Source: Klebsiella pneumoniae (GTDB lineage Bacteria; Pseudomonadota; Gammaproteobacteria; Burkholderiales; UBA3065). Taken from it: a stretch of 64,000 nt of DNA. Below, in pieces: positions 1 through 11,712 of the stretch. The stretch's first letter is position 1. The number at the start of each line of letters is the position of its first letter. The notes under the pieces are model-generated. The model ran no database searches. It was not told the origin of the DNA and worked only from the letters and a program-made list of their open reading frames with translations. The translations under genes were made by a program, and so were the position numbers. The stretch spans positions 54,866 through 118,865 of the forward strand of contig CAMDGF010000001.1 in NCBI GenBank assembly GCA_945897555.1, given 5' to 3'.

Positions 1-68
1 CAGAACCGACTGTACGACCTGCGACATGCTCCGCCCGAGCGTAAAATCCAGATTTTACAGGGTACCCC

Positions 69-527
69 GTGAGCATCGTAGACAACCGCAAAGCTTGGCA
101 CGACTACTTCATCGAAGAGAAGTACGAGGCCGGGCTCGCCCTCGAGGGCTGGGAGGCCAAGGCCATCCGTGCCGGGCGGGTGCAGCTCAAGGAGGCCTAC
201 GTGGTGCTGAAGAGCGAAGAGGTCTGGCTCATCGGGTGTCATATCACGCCGCTCGTCACCGCCTCCACGCACATCCGCCCCGACCCTACACGCAGCCGCA
301 AGTGCCTGATGCACGGCGCCGAGATCGCCAAGCTGATCGGCCAGGTGGAGCGCGCTGGCTACACACTGGTGCCGCTCGACCTGCACTACAGCCGTGGCCG
401 CATCAAACTCGAGGTCGGCTTGGCGCGCGGCAAGAAGCAGCACGACAAGCGCGAGGCCGAGAAGGACCGCGAATGGGCGCGAGAGAAGCAGCGCCTGATG
501 CGGCATGACCAGAAGCGCGGCAGTTGA
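69..527 (+). CDS. smpB: SsrA(tmRNA)-binding protein SmpB
   Basis: 152-aa ORF with GTG start. N-terminus [17 protein letters not shown] and a basic C-terminal tail are typical of SmpB. Confidence 0.9.
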   Translation: MSIVDNRKAWHDYFIEEKYEAGLALEGWEAKAIRAGRVQLKEAYVVLKSEEVWLIGCHITPLVTASTHIRPDPTRSRKCLMHGAEIAKLIGQVERAGYTLVPLDLHYSRGRIKLEVGLARGKKQHDKREAEKDREWAREKQRLMRHDQKRGS

Positions 528-540
528 GAGCGAGCGAGAG

Positions 541-1641
<1,101 letters not shown>

Positions 1642-1649
1642 GGAGCCCC

Positions 1650-2321
1650 ATGAAAGCCTCGCAACACGCCTCAGACAAGCCCGCGAACACCCCTCACCAG
1701 CGGCTTATCGGCCTGATGCAGCGCCTGGTGGCGCACGGCGTGAACCGTGGTGCCAGCGGCAACAGCAGCGTGCGCCACGGCCGCGGCATGCTGATCACAC
1801 CGTCGGCCCTGCTGCCCGACGCGCTGACACCCGAGACGCTGGTCGAGGTCGACATGGAGGGCCGCTACGACAACCCGCTCAAGCCCTCCAGCGAGTGGCG
1901 CATCCACCGCGACATCTATGCCGCGCGGCCCGACATCAACGCCATCGTCCACACCCACTCGACGCACGCGGTGACGCTCGCCTGCCTGCGCCGCGACCTG
2001 CCGCCGTTCCACTACATGATCGCAATGGCAGGTGGGCGCGACATCCGCTGCTCGGGCTACGCCACCTTTGGCACCGAAGCCCTCAGCCAGACAGCGCTGC
2101 TCGCGCTCGAGGGCCGAATGGCCTGCCTGCTGGCCAACCACGGCCTGCTCGCTTGCGGCACCGATCTGGGTCAGGCCGAGACGCTGGCAGTGGAGATCGA
2201 ACACCTGTGCGAGGCCTACCTCAAGGCCTGCAACGCCGGCGCGCCGGTGCTGCTCTCGGATGCGGATATCGACGAGGTGCTGGCACGCTTCGACGCGTAC
2301 CGCCGGGGTGAACTCGACTGA
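1650..2321 (+). CDS. class II aldolase/adducin-family protein (MtnB-type dehydratase or Ald2-type 5-methylthioribulose-1-P aldolase)
   Basis: SGNSSVR...PSSEW.IH..IY....INAIVHTHS motifs of the FucA/MtnB fold. AGGAG lies 5 nt upstream of the ATG at 1650. An alternative ATG at 1638 overlaps the mtnA stop (ATGA). Confidence 0.75.
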   Translation: MKASQHASDKPANTPHQRLIGLMQRLVAHGVNRGASGNSSVRHGRGMLITPSALLPDALTPETLVEVDMEGRYDNPLKPSSEWRIHRDIYAARPDINAIVHTHSTHAVTLACLRRDLPPFHYMIAMAGGRDIRCSGYATFGTEALSQTALLALEGRMACLLANHGLLACGTDLGQAETLAVEIEHLCEAYLKACNAGAPVLLSDADIDEVLARFDAYRRGELD

Positions 2322-2403
2322 CCCCGATCAGCCGCTGTCGAAGTCTCCTTGCGCCGGCGCAAGGGCGGCGTAGAATCAGGGTACGTCTATCCAAGGATCT
2401 GTA

Positions 2404-3576
2404 ATGCTTCTGCACGGCCTGGTCGAGCTCCCCTGGTGGGGCTATATCGTTGTAGCGCTCGTTTTCACACACATCACCATTGCCGCGGTCACCATCTACC
2501 TGCACCGGCACTCGGCGCACCGCGCGCTCGACCTGCATCCGCTGCCCGCGCACTTCTTCCGCTTCTGGCTGTGGCTCACCACCTCCATGGGTACGCAACA
2601 GTGGACCGCCGTGCACCGCAAGCACCACGCCCGCTGCGAGACCGAAGAGGACCCGCACAGCCCGCAAGTGCTCGGCATCAGAAAGGTGCTGTGGGAGGGT
2701 GCGGAGCTCTACTCGGCGGCCAAGAACAATGCCGAGATGCTCGACACCTTCGGCCGCGGCTGCCCCGATGACTGGATCGAGAACAAGCTCTATCTGCCGC
2801 ACCAGAACCTCGGCATCATCCTCATGCTGGCGCTCGACCTCATCCTGTTCGGCCCCATCGGCGCCACCATCTGGGCGGTGCAGATGATCTGGATCCCGTT
2901 CTTCGCCGCTGGCGTGGTCAATGGCATCGGCCACTACTGGGGTTATCGCAATTTCCAGTGCGACGATGCCAGCACCAACATCGTGCCGTGGGGCATCCTC
3001 ATCGGCGGCGAGGAGCTGCACAACAACCACCACGCTCACCCGAGCTCGGCGCGTCTGTCCAACAAGTGGTACGAGTTCGACATCGGCTGGCTCTACATCC
3101 GCATCCTCGAGACGCTCGGCCTTGCCAAGGTCAAGAAGACGGCACCGCAACTGGTCACCGGTGCTGCACGCAGCGAGTGCGACCGGGCGATGCTGAACGC
3201 CGTCATCACCCACCGCTGGGTCGTGCTGGAGCAGTTCATGCGCGACATCCGTGGCACCTGCGCTGCCGAACTGGAGACGCTCAGCCGCTCCTCGCGTCAT
3301 GGCATCAACTGGACCACAGCGCGCCGCTGGCTGCATCTGGACAAATCCGCTCTGCCTGAGGCCGAGCAGGCGCGCGTCGGCAAGGTGCTGGAGAAGAGCG
3401 CTGTGCTGTCCACCCTGCATCGCATGCGGCAAGACCTTGGCGCGCTGTGGAGCCGGTCGAACGCGACCACAGAGCAGCTGGTGCAGCAACTTGACGACTG
3501 GTGCGATCGCGCCGAACGCAGTGGCATCGAAGCGCTGGTCACTTTCTCGCGGCGCCTGCGCACCTTCCAAGCCTGA
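2404..3576 (+). CDS. membrane fatty-acid (acyl-CoA/acyl-lipid delta-9 type) desaturase
   Basis: 390 aa with N-terminal TM segments and three His boxes (HRHSAH, HRKHH, HNNHHAH). Confidence 0.85.
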   Translation: MLLHGLVELPWWGYIVVALVFTHITIAAVTIYLHRHSAHRALDLHPLPAHFFRFWLWLTTSMGTQQWTAVHRKHHARCETEEDPHSPQVLGIRKVLWEGAELYSAAKNNAEMLDTFGRGCPDDWIENKLYLPHQNLGIILMLALDLILFGPIGATIWAVQMIWIPFFAAGVVNGIGHYWGYRNFQCDDASTNIVPWGILIGGEELHNNHHAHPSSARLSNKWYEFDIGWLYIRILETLGLAKVKKTAPQLVTGAARSECDRAMLNAVITHRWVVLEQFMRDIRGTCAAELETLSRSSRHGINWTTARRWLHLDKSALPEAEQARVGKVLEKSAVLSTLHRMRQDLGALWSRSNATTEQLVQQLDDWCDRAERSGIEALVTFSRRLRTFQA

Positions 3577-3588
3577 AGCCCGCCCCAC

Positions 3589-3613
3589 CGAAGGCCCGCT
3601 GCGTGCGGGCCTT
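3589..3613. terminator. stem-loop between convergent genes (GAAGGCCCGC-TGCGT-GCGGGCCTTC)
   Basis: Perfect 10-bp GC-rich stem read directly, sitting between the desaturase stop and the regulator stop. No clear U-tract. Confidence 0.45.
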
Positions 3614-3654
3614 CTGCGCTCTGCCGGCTTGCTTCAGACGTGCATGCAGGCCAC

Positions 3655-4743
3655 TCAGCTCACCGTGTCAGGGGCTCCGGTCGCAACCTCATCGAGATCG
3701 ATCGGCAAGCCGGGCGACACCACCCGGTAGCCTGAAAGCTCCCCGACGCTCGCCGCGAAACGATGCCCGGCGAGGATGGCCATGAGCCGTTGAGCCGGCT
3801 TCTGCTGCGCCGTCTCGCGGGTCATCGCCAACACGTAACGCTCGGTCGCCAGCGGAATGAACTCGAGGCCGAATCTGGCCGCAGACGCCGCCACCCCGAA
3901 ACCGGCGTCGACCTGCCCACTCGCCACATGGGCAGCGACTGCAGCGTGGGTGAATTCGATGTCCCCATAGCCGCGGATGAGCGATGCATCGACCCCGACC
4001 GACTCCAGCATGGCATCGAGCAGCACGCGGGTGCCGGCGCCCTCCTGGCGGTTGATGAAGCGCACACCAGGCCGGGCGAGGTCAGCGACGCCGGCGATGC
4101 CGAGCGGGTTGCCGGGCGCGAGCATCAAACCCTGCTGACGGGTGACAAGGCGCACCAGCTCGTGCGTGCGAGGCTTGAGTAGACGCGCATAGCGCGCGAA
4201 CAGAGGCGCCGCAAGGGGACCGATGGGCACGTGGAAGCCGGCCACATCGGCCTGCCCGCGCACCATCGTGGCGACAGAATCCAGCGAGTTGAGATAGTTG
4301 AGCTCGAGGCGCAGCCCACCCTCGGCGGCAACGAGTTCGGGCAAGAGCGCGACGGCGTAGCCATGACTCGCTGCGACCCGTACGGTGGGGCCTGTGTCGA
4401 GCACCGCGCGGTTGATCTCACGGTCGATCTCCTGCGCGAGGTTGTGGAGCTGAGGGCCGAGGCGCGCCTGGACCCGCTCCACCGCCCACGCCAGTGCCTC
4501 GCCGAGCGGCGCCAGGCGAGCGCCGCGCCCCCGCGTGAGATCGACAAGCGGTGCACCGAAGAAGTCCGACCACTGCTTGATCATGTTCCAGCAATGTCGG
4601 TAGCTGTAACCCACCTCACGGCTGGCGGCGGTGAGACGCCCATGCTCGCGGATGGCGGCGAGCAGACGGAACAGCACCGGGTCGATGTCATCGCCAGACT
4701 GATCGCGGAAACTGAGCGCGGGCTCGATGCTGATGCGGGTCAA
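3655..4743 (-). CDS. transcriptional regulator, ModE-type N-terminal HTH fused to a periplasmic-binding-protein-like domain
   Basis: N-terminus LLAAIREHGRLTAASREVGYSYRHCWNMIKQW...LVDLTRGRGARLAPLG resembles the ModE HTH. The rest looks like a PBP type-2 fold. Divergent from the fds operon. Confidence 0.75.
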   Translation of the reverse strand: MTRISIEPALSFRDQSGDDIDPVLFRLLAAIREHGRLTAASREVGYSYRHCWNMIKQWSDFFGAPLVDLTRGRGARLAPLGEALAWAVERVQARLGPQLHNLAQEIDREINRAVLDTGPTVRVAASHGYAVALLPELVAAEGGLRLELNYLNSLDSVATMVRGQADVAGFHVPIGPLAAPLFARYARLLKPRTHELVRLVTRQQGLMLAPGNPLGIAGVADLARPGVRFINRQEGAGTRVLLDAMLESVGVDASLIRGYGDIEFTHAAVAAHVASGQVDAGFGVAASAARFGLEFIPLATERYVLAMTRETAQQKPAQRLMAILAGHRFAASVGELSGYRVVSPGLPIDLDEVATGAPDTVS

Positions 4744-4920
4744 AGATGAGCCCCCAAGTTATAACTAAATTTTCATATAGCCAATAGTCTAGCAGATGAT
4801 TAATCTTCTTGACATCAAGGGTATGCACGTCAACAAAAAACACAATCTGGTGCATATCTAGAAACGCCACGACACGGCTCGACACGGCCATCTGGGCGGT
4901 CATCTCTGGAGGAGACCCGA

Positions 4921-5406
4921 TTGAAAGCTGAAGTTCCGCCCATCGTGCGGCAGATCGAGGCCGCGATCGACCCGCTGGTCGGCTTGCCCGGCGCCACGCT
5001 GCCCATGCTCCACGCCATCCAAGACGACATCGGTTATGTGCCCGACGAGGCCGTGCCCTTGATCGCCGAGCGTCTCAATCTGTCGCGCGCCGAGGTGCAC
5101 GGCGTGGTCACCTTCTACCACCACTACCGCCGCCATGCGCCGGGCAAGCACGTGGTGCAGATCTGCCGCGCCGAAGCCTGTCAATCGATGGGCGCACGTG
5201 CGCTCGAGGCCCACGCCATGCGGACGCTCGGCTGCGGCTACCACGAGACCACCGCCGATGGCGCAGTCACCCTCGAGGCGGTGTACTGCCTGGGCAACTG
5301 CGCCTGCGCGCCGGCCATCCGTGTCGGCGATGAGATCGTCGGCCGCGTCACCTCGGAGCGCTTCGACGAGGTGATCGCAGAGCTACGCCAGGAGGCCCAG
5401 GCATGA
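4921..5406 (+). CDS. fdsG: NAD-dependent formate dehydrogenase gamma subunit (NuoE-like 2Fe-2S)
   Basis: TTG start 6 nt after GGAGGAG. NuoE-like Cys pattern (CRAEAC...CLGNCACAP). First gene of the fds operon. Confidence 0.85.
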   Translation: MKAEVPPIVRQIEAAIDPLVGLPGATLPMLHAIQDDIGYVPDEAVPLIAERLNLSRAEVHGVVTFYHHYRRHAPGKHVVQICRAEACQSMGARALEAHAMRTLGCGYHETTADGAVTLEAVYCLGNCACAPAIRVGDEIVGRVTSERFDEVIAELRQEAQA

Positions 5407-6956
5407 GCATCACCGTCTACGTCCCCTGCGACTCGAGCGCACTTTCGCTCGGCGCCGAGAAAACAGCCACCGCCATCGCTGCCGAAGCCGCCCGTCGCGG
5501 TGCCGACATCCGCATCGTGCGCAATGGCTCGCGCGGCCTGTTCTGGCTCGAGCCGATGGTCGAGGTCGAGACCCCGGCCGGCCGCGTCGCCTACGGCCCG
5601 GTACAGCCCAAAGACGTGTCGGGCCTCTTCGAAGCCGGCTTCCTCACCGGCGGCAAGCACGCCCTATCGCTGGGCTTGACCGAAGGCATCGCCTACCTGA
5701 AGAACCAAGAGCGTCTCACCGCCGCTCGCGTCGGTTTGGGCGACCCGCTCTGCCTCGACACCTACGCCGCGCACGGCGGCTGGCAGGGCCTCAAGAACGC
5801 AGTGGCCATGTCCGGCGCCGACGTCGTCAAGGAAGTCACCGAATCCGGCCTGCGCGGCCGCGGCGGCGCGGCCTTCCCCACCGGCATCAAGTGGAACACC
5901 GTGCTCAACACCCCGGGCACGCAGAAGTACGTGGTCTGCAACGCCGACGAGGGTGACTCGGGCACCTTCTCCGACCGCATGCTGATGGAAGGCGACCCTT
6001 ACACCCTGGTCGAAGGCATGACCATCGCCGGTGTGGCGGTAGGTGCCACTCAGGGTTACATCTACCTGCGCTCGGAATACCCTCACGCCTTCAAGACGCT
6101 GCAAGAAGCCATCCGCCGCGCCCGCGAGGCCGGCTGGCTGGGCACTGATGTGGCCGGCTCGGGCAAGACCTTCGAGCTCGAGGTGCGGCTGGGTGCCGGC
6201 GCCTACATCTGCGGTGAAGAGACCAGCCTGCTGGAGAGCCTCGAGGGCAAACGCGGCATCGTCCGCTTCAAGCCGCCGCTGCCGGCCATCGAGGGCCTGT
6301 TCGGCAAGCCCACCGTCATCAACAACGTCATCTCCCTGTGCTCGGTGCCGGTGATCCTGGCCAAGGGCGGCAAGCACTATCAGGACTTCGGCATGGGCCG
6401 TTCGCGCGGCACCCTGCCCTTCCAGCTCACCGGCAACATCAAGCATGGCGGCTTGGTCGAGAAAGCGTTCGGCCTCACGCTCAACCAGCTGCTTTACGAC
6501 TACGGCGGCGGTTCTGCCACCGGTCGGCCGATCCGCGCCGTGCAAGTGGGTGGCCCGCTGGGCGCTTACGTCCCCGAGTCGCAGTTCGACCTGCCGCTCG
6601 ACTACGAAGCTTTCAGCAAGGTCAACGCGATGATCGGCCACGGCGGCGTGGTGGTGTTCGACGACGCCGTCGATATGGCGGCGCAGGCGCGTTACGCCAT
6701 GGAGTTCTGCGCCATCGAATCGTGCGGCAAGTGCACGCCTTGCCGCATCGGCTCGACGCGCGGCACCGAGGTGATGGACAAGATCATCCAAGGTATCGAT
6801 GTCGAGGCCAATATCGCGCTGATGCGCTCGCTGTGCGACACCATGCTCAATGGCTCGCTGTGCGCGCTCGGCGGCATGGCGCCCTACCCCGTCCTGTCTG
6901 CGCTCAACCATTTCCCCGAGGACTTCGTGCGTGTGCACGAGGCCGCGGCTGCCTGA
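5403..6956 (+). CDS. fdsB: NAD-dependent formate dehydrogenase beta subunit (NuoF-like, FMN/NAD/4Fe-4S)
   Basis: 517 aa. GLRGRGGAAFPTG and ESCGKCTPCR motifs. ATGA overlap with fdsG. Confidence 0.9.
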   Translation: MSITVYVPCDSSALSLGAEKTATAIAAEAARRGADIRIVRNGSRGLFWLEPMVEVETPAGRVAYGPVQPKDVSGLFEAGFLTGGKHALSLGLTEGIAYLKNQERLTAARVGLGDPLCLDTYAAHGGWQGLKNAVAMSGADVVKEVTESGLRGRGGAAFPTGIKWNTVLNTPGTQKYVVCNADEGDSGTFSDRMLMEGDPYTLVEGMTIAGVAVGATQGYIYLRSEYPHAFKTLQEAIRRAREAGWLGTDVAGSGKTFELEVRLGAGAYICGEETSLLESLEGKRGIVRFKPPLPAIEGLFGKPTVINNVISLCSVPVILAKGGKHYQDFGMGRSRGTLPFQLTGNIKHGGLVEKAFGLTLNQLLYDYGGGSATGRPIRAVQVGGPLGAYVPESQFDLPLDYEAFSKVNAMIGHGGVVVFDDAVDMAAQARYAMEFCAIESCGKCTPCRIGSTRGTEVMDKIIQGIDVEANIALMRSLCDTMLNGSLCALGGMAPYPVLSALNHFPEDFVRVHEAAAA

Positions 6957-6966
6957 GGAGGCTCCC

Positions 6967-9828
6967 ATGTCACTGCCCCGCGATGTCGATCACGGCACCC
7001 CCGCCCGCGAATCCGAAAAACTGGTCACCCTGAGCATCGATGGCGTCGAGGTCTCGGTCCCCGCCGGCACCTCGGTGATGCGTGCCGCGCAGGATGCCGG
7101 CAACGCCATCCCCAAGCTGTGCGCCACCGACAGCCTCGAGCCTTTCGGCTCCTGCCGCCTGTGCCTCGTCGAGATCGAGGGCCGCCGCGGCTACCCCGCC
7201 TCTTGCACCACGCTGGTCGAGCCCGGCATGCAAGTGACCACGCAGTCGCCCAAGCTCGCCGAGATCCGCAAGGGCGTGATGGAGCTCTACATCTCCGACC
7301 ACCCGTTGGACTGCCTGACCTGCTCGGCCAATGGCAACTGCGAGCTGCAGGACATGACCGGCGTGGTCGGCCTGCGCGAGGTGCGCTACGGCTACGAGGG
7401 CAAGAACCACTTCGACGTCCGCTCCGGCACGGTCAAGGATTTCTCCAACCCCTACTTCGCCTATGACCCGAGCAAGTGCATCGTTTGCAACCGCTGCGTG
7501 CGTGCCTGCGAAGAGACCCAAGGCACCTTCGCGCTGACCATCTCCGGCCGCGGCTTCGAGTCGCGCGTGTCGCCGGGCATGGATCAGCCGTTCATGGATT
7601 CCGAGTGCGTAAGCTGCGGCGCCTGCGTGCAGGCCTGCCCGACCGCCACCCTGATGGAGAAGTCGGTGATCGAACACGGTCAAGCCGAGAAAAGCACCAT
7701 CACCACCTGCGCCTACTGCGGTGTGGGGTGCTCGTTCAAGGCCGAGACCAAGGGCAACCAGGTGGTGCGCCTGGTGCCCAACAAGAACGGCCACGCCAAC
7801 CACGGGCACTCGTGCGTCAAGGGCCGCTTCGCTTTCGGCTACGCCACCCACAAGGACCGCATCACCACACCAATGATCCGCCAGAGCATCGACGATCCGT
7901 GGCAGGAGGTGAGCTGGGAGGTGGCGATCAATCACGCTGCCAGTGAGATCAAGCGTATCCAGGGCAAGTATGGCAAGCACTCGGTCGGCGGGATCGTCTC
8001 CAGCCGCTGCACCAACGAGGAAGGCTATCTGGTGCAAAAGCTGGTCCGCGCTGCCTTTGGCAACAACAATGTCGACACCTGCGCGCGCGTCTGCCATTCG
8101 CCGACCGGTTATGGGCTGAAGCAGACCCTCGGCGAGTCGGCTGGCACCCAGACCTTCGATTCGGTGCGGAAGTCCGACGTCATCATGATCATCGGCGCCA
8201 ACCCGTCGGCCGGCCACCCGGTGTTCGCCTCGCAGATGAAGCGCCGCCTGCGCGAGGGGGCCAAGCTGATCGTCATCGACCCGCGCGTCACCGAAAGTGT
8301 CTCCGGCCCGCACTACAAGGCCGACTACCACTTGCAGCTCAAGCCCAGCACCAACGTCGCCATCATCAACTCGCTGGCGCACGTGGTGGCCACCGAAGGC
8401 CTGATCAAGGAAGCCTTCGTCGCCGAGCGTTGCGAGGCCGACTCGTTCCAGGTGTGGCTCGACTTCATCCGCAAGCCCGAAAACTCACCGGAGGCAATGG
8501 AAGCCATCACCGGCGTGCCGGCCGAGCAGGTGCGCGGCGCCGCGCGCCTCTACGCCACCGGCGGTAATGCCGCCATCTATTACGGCCTGGGCGTGACCGA
8601 ACACAGCCAAGGTTCGACCATGGTCATCGGTATCGCCAACCTCGCCATGGCCACCGGCAACATCGGCCGCGAGGGCGTGGGCGTGAACCCGCTGCGCGGC
8701 CAAAACAATGTTCAAGGCTCGTGCGACATGGGCTCGTTCCCGCACGAGCTGCCGGGCTACCGCCACGTGTCGGATGCCGCCACCCGTGCGCTGTTCGGCA
8801 AGGAATGGGGCGTCACCCTGCACGACGAGCCGGGCCTGCGCATCCCGAACATGTTCGAGTCGGCGATGGACGGCACCTTCAAGGCCCTCTACTGCGAAGG
8901 CGAGGACATCGTCCAGTCCGACCCCAACACCCAGCACGTGGAAGCCGCCTTGCGTGCCATGGAGTGCGTCATCGTCCAGGACCTGTTCCTCAACGAGACC
9001 GCCAAGTTCGCGCACGTCTTCCTGCCGGGTTCGAGCTTCCTTGAGAAGAACGGCACGTTCACCAACGCCGAACGCCGCATCTCGCCGGTGCGCAAGGTCA
9101 TGAAGGCACTCGCCGGCTATGAGGACTGGCAGGTCACCCAGATGTTGTCGAACGCGCTGGGCTACCCGATGCACTACAAGCACCCTTCGGAGATCATGGA
9201 CGAGATCGCGCGCCTGACGCCGACCTTCCACGGCGTGAGCTACGCCAAGATCGACCGGCTGGGCAGTATCCAGTGGCCGTGCAACGACGCGCATCCGGAA
9301 GGTACGCCGATCATGCACATCGACGCCTTTGTGCGCGGCAAGGGCCGCTTCATGCCGACCGCCTATGTGCCCACCGACGAGCGCACCAACCGCGATTTCC
9401 CGCTGGTGCTCACCACCGGCCGCATCCTGTCGCAGTACAACGTCGGTGCGCAGACCCGTCGCACCGAGAACTCGCGCTGGCACGAGGAAGACATCCTCGA
9501 CCTGCACCCGGCAGATGCCGAGGAGCGTGGCATCAAGGACGGTGACTGGGTCGGCATCGCCAGCCGTGCCGGCACCACCGTGTTGCGCGCCAACATCAGC
9601 GACCGCCTGCAACCGGGCGTGGTCTACACCACGTTCCACCATCCGTTCTCTGGCGCCAACGTGATCACCACCGAGAACTCGGACTGGGCCACCAATTGCC
9701 CCGAGTACAAGGTCACGGCGGTGCAGGTGACCAAGGTGACCCAGCCCTCCGACTGGCAAGAGCGCTACCGCAAGTTCAGCGAGCAGCAACTCAGCAAGCT
9801 GCCCAAGCGTCAGAAGGAGACCGTGTGA
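6967..9828 (+). CDS. fdsA: NAD-dependent formate dehydrogenase alpha subunit (Mo-bisPGD, Fe-S)
   Basis: The track ORF opens at 6850, but the ATG at 6967 (MSLPRDVDHG..TLSIDGVEV) follows the fdsB stop. It has a 2Fe-2S/4Fe-4S N-terminus plus a molybdopterin oxidoreductase body. Confidence 0.9.
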   Translation: MSLPRDVDHGTPARESEKLVTLSIDGVEVSVPAGTSVMRAAQDAGNAIPKLCATDSLEPFGSCRLCLVEIEGRRGYPASCTTLVEPGMQVTTQSPKLAEIRKGVMELYISDHPLDCLTCSANGNCELQDMTGVVGLREVRYGYEGKNHFDVRSGTVKDFSNPYFAYDPSKCIVCNRCVRACEETQGTFALTISGRGFESRVSPGMDQPFMDSECVSCGACVQACPTATLMEKSVIEHGQAEKSTITTCAYCGVGCSFKAETKGNQVVRLVPNKNGHANHGHSCVKGRFAFGYATHKDRITTPMIRQSIDDPWQEVSWEVAINHAASEIKRIQGKYGKHSVGGIVSSRCTNEEGYLVQKLVRAAFGNNNVDTCARVCHSPTGYGLKQTLGESAGTQTFDSVRKSDVIMIIGANPSAGHPVFASQMKRRLREGAKLIVIDPRVTESVSGPHYKADYHLQLKPSTNVAIINSLAHVVATEGLIKEAFVAERCEADSFQVWLDFIRKPENSPEAMEAITGVPAEQVRGAARLYATGGNAAIYYGLGVTEHSQGSTMVIGIANLAMATGNIGREGVGVNPLRGQNNVQGSCDMGSFPHELPGYRHVSDAATRALFGKEWGVTLHDEPGLRIPNMFESAMDGTFKALYCEGEDIVQSDPNTQHVEAALRAMECVIVQDLFLNETAKFAHVFLPGSSFLEKNGTFTNAERRISPVRKVMKALAGYEDWQVTQMLSNALGYPMHYKHPSEIMDEIARLTPTFHGVSYAKIDRLGSIQWPCNDAHPEGTPIMHIDAFVRGKGRFMPTAYVPTDERTNRDFPLVLTTGRILSQYNVGAQTRRTENSRWHEEDILDLHPADAEERGIKDGDWVGIASRAGTTVLRANISDRLQPGVVYTTFHHPFSGANVITTENSDWATNCPEYKVTAVQVTKVTQPSDWQERYRKFSEQQLSKLPKRQKETV

Positions 9829-10679
9829 CGGACGACCACCCAGCCTCCGCCGTGCTGAACGACGGCAACGGGGCGGGTGGTGGGTTTGCCGTCACCGCCA
9901 TGCGGCCGGTGTGGCGCATGGCCACGGATGGCATTGCGCAAGCCTCTGAATGGCTGGCCGAAGAAGTGCCGGTGGCGCTTGTCTACAACGGCGTCTCGCA
10001 TGTCGTGATGCTTGCAACACCCTGCGACCTCGAGGATTTTGCGATCGGCTTCTCGCTCACCGAAGGGGTGGTGGACGATGTCGCCGAGATCCGCGCCTGC
10101 GAGGTGGTGGAGAGCGGCGCCGGCATCGAACTGCAAGTCGCCTTGTCGAGCCGGGCGTTCGCGGGACTCAAGGGGCAGCGCCGGCAGCTGGCTGGGCGCA
10201 CCGGTTGTGGCATCTGTGGCGCCGAGAGCATCGAGCGAGCGATCCGGCCGGTGCCAACGGTGCAGGCTCGGCCGCGACTCGACCTGGCGCGTGTCAACAC
10301 CGCGCTGCAGGCGCTGGATGCGGCGCAGCACATCCGCAACGACACCGGCGCCACACATGCTGCGGGCTGGGTCGATGCCTCCGGGCAGTTGCAGCTGTGC
10401 CGCGAGGACGTCGGTCGCCACAACGCGCTCGACAAGCTCATCGGCGCCATGCAGCGCCAGCACCTGAAGGCCGCGGACGGCTTTGCGCTGGTTTCGAGCC
10501 GCGCCAGCTACGAGATGGTGCAGAAGGCGGCGCGTGCCGGCATCGGTGCGCTGGTCGCAGTCTCCGCACCCACCGCCTTGGCGGTGCGGGTGGCCGAGCA
10601 CGCAGGCGTGGCACTGGCCTGCTGGGCTCGCGGCGACCGACTCACCGCTTATACCTTCCCCGAGGTGTTCGCCGCCTGA
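9825..10679 (+). CDS. fdhD: formate dehydrogenase accessory sulfurtransferase FdhD (FdsC)
   Basis: GTG at 9825 overlaps the fdsA stop (GTGA). GRTGCGICG and GRHNALDK motifs. Exact start uncertain. Confidence 0.8.
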   Translation: MTDDHPASAVLNDGNGAGGGFAVTAMRPVWRMATDGIAQASEWLAEEVPVALVYNGVSHVVMLATPCDLEDFAIGFSLTEGVVDDVAEIRACEVVESGAGIELQVALSSRAFAGLKGQRRQLAGRTGCGICGAESIERAIRPVPTVQARPRLDLARVNTALQALDAAQHIRNDTGATHAAGWVDASGQLQLCREDVGRHNALDKLIGAMQRQHLKAADGFALVSSRASYEMVQKAARAGIGALVAVSAPTALAVRVAEHAGVALACWARGDRLTAYTFPEVFAA

Positions 10680-10714
10680 GCGCGGCACCCCCAACCCGAC
10701 GACAGGAGCGACCC

Positions 10715-10942
10715 ATGGACGTCCACCATCTGGCCAAGATGGCCAACCAGATCGGCAGTTTCTTTGAGGCCTACCCCGACCGCGAATTCGCCGTCAACGA
10801 GATCGCAGCACACCTGCGCAAGTTCTGGGAACCGCGTATGCGGGAGACCCTGTTCAAGGGCCTCGATGCGGTCAAGACAGACTTGCACCCGACGGTGTAT
10901 CAAGCCTGCCTGCGACTGCAGGCCAGCGAAGCCGAAGTCTGA
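10715..10942 (+). CDS. fdsD: formate dehydrogenase delta subunit
   Basis: 75 aa (MDVHHLAKMANQIGSFFEAYPD...), last gene of the fds operon. It lies in frame inside a longer spurious ORF in the track. Confidence 0.75.
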   Translation: MDVHHLAKMANQIGSFFEAYPDREFAVNEIAAHLRKFWEPRMRETLFKGLDAVKTDLHPTVYQACLRLQASEAEV

Positions 10943-10960
10943 CGCTCGTTTAGCGGCTGC

Positions 10961-11712
10961 TCAGGCGCGGCGCAGACGGGCCACACGGTCTGCTGCTCCG
11001 CCGAGACCGGCGGCCCGCAGCGCTGCCTCGGGGCCATCGCAAGCCACCACCCGGCCATCCGCCAGAACCACGGCCCGGTCGGCCAGCCGAGCCAACTCCT
11101 CGAGCGAGTGCGTGACGTAGAGCATGGGCGTGGCCGTGTGCTCGCGCAATCGCAGCAGCCAGTCCATGATCTCGTCGCGACGCGCAAAGTCGAGCGCCGA
11201 CAGCGGCTCGTCCAGCAACAGCAATGCCGGCCGTACTGCCAGCGCCCGAGCGATCGCCACGCGCTGACGCTCGCCACCGGAAAGCGTGTCAACGCGCCTT
11301 CGCAGCAGGCCGCCGATGCCCAGCAAGCCGACCAGAGCGTCGACGCCCACCCGGCCTTCGTCGCGGCTGTCGGCGGCACCGTCGTCGCGCTGCCAGCGCA
11401 GGCCGTAGGCGATGTTACCGGCCACGTCCAGGTGCTCGAACAAGCTCGCCTCCTGGAACACGTAACCGATGCGGCGGCGCCAAGCCGGCACACGAACGCC
11501 AGCCGCGTCGTCCTGCCACACGCGAGGACCCAGCGCCACGCGACCGGCCGCCGATGGCTCGAGGCCGGCGATGGCGCGCAGCAGCGTGGTCTTGCCCGAC
11601 CCCGAGGCGCCGAACAGAACGCTGATGCCGCTGGCGGGGAGCTGAAAGTCAGCCTCCAGCACGAAGGCGGGCCCGTGACTGAGTCGCAACGACACCGACA
11701 ACAGTTCGCCGG

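Noticed and set aside
6850-6966. N-terminal extension of fdsA in the ORF track (and similar 5' extensions of fdhD, fdsD, modB, modC, nadE, pilT, yggS, acsF, puhE, puhB and puhC)
   Set aside because: The extensions overlap the preceding gene in another frame and lack family-typical sequence. Internal starts that give start/stop overlaps or SD sequences fit better.
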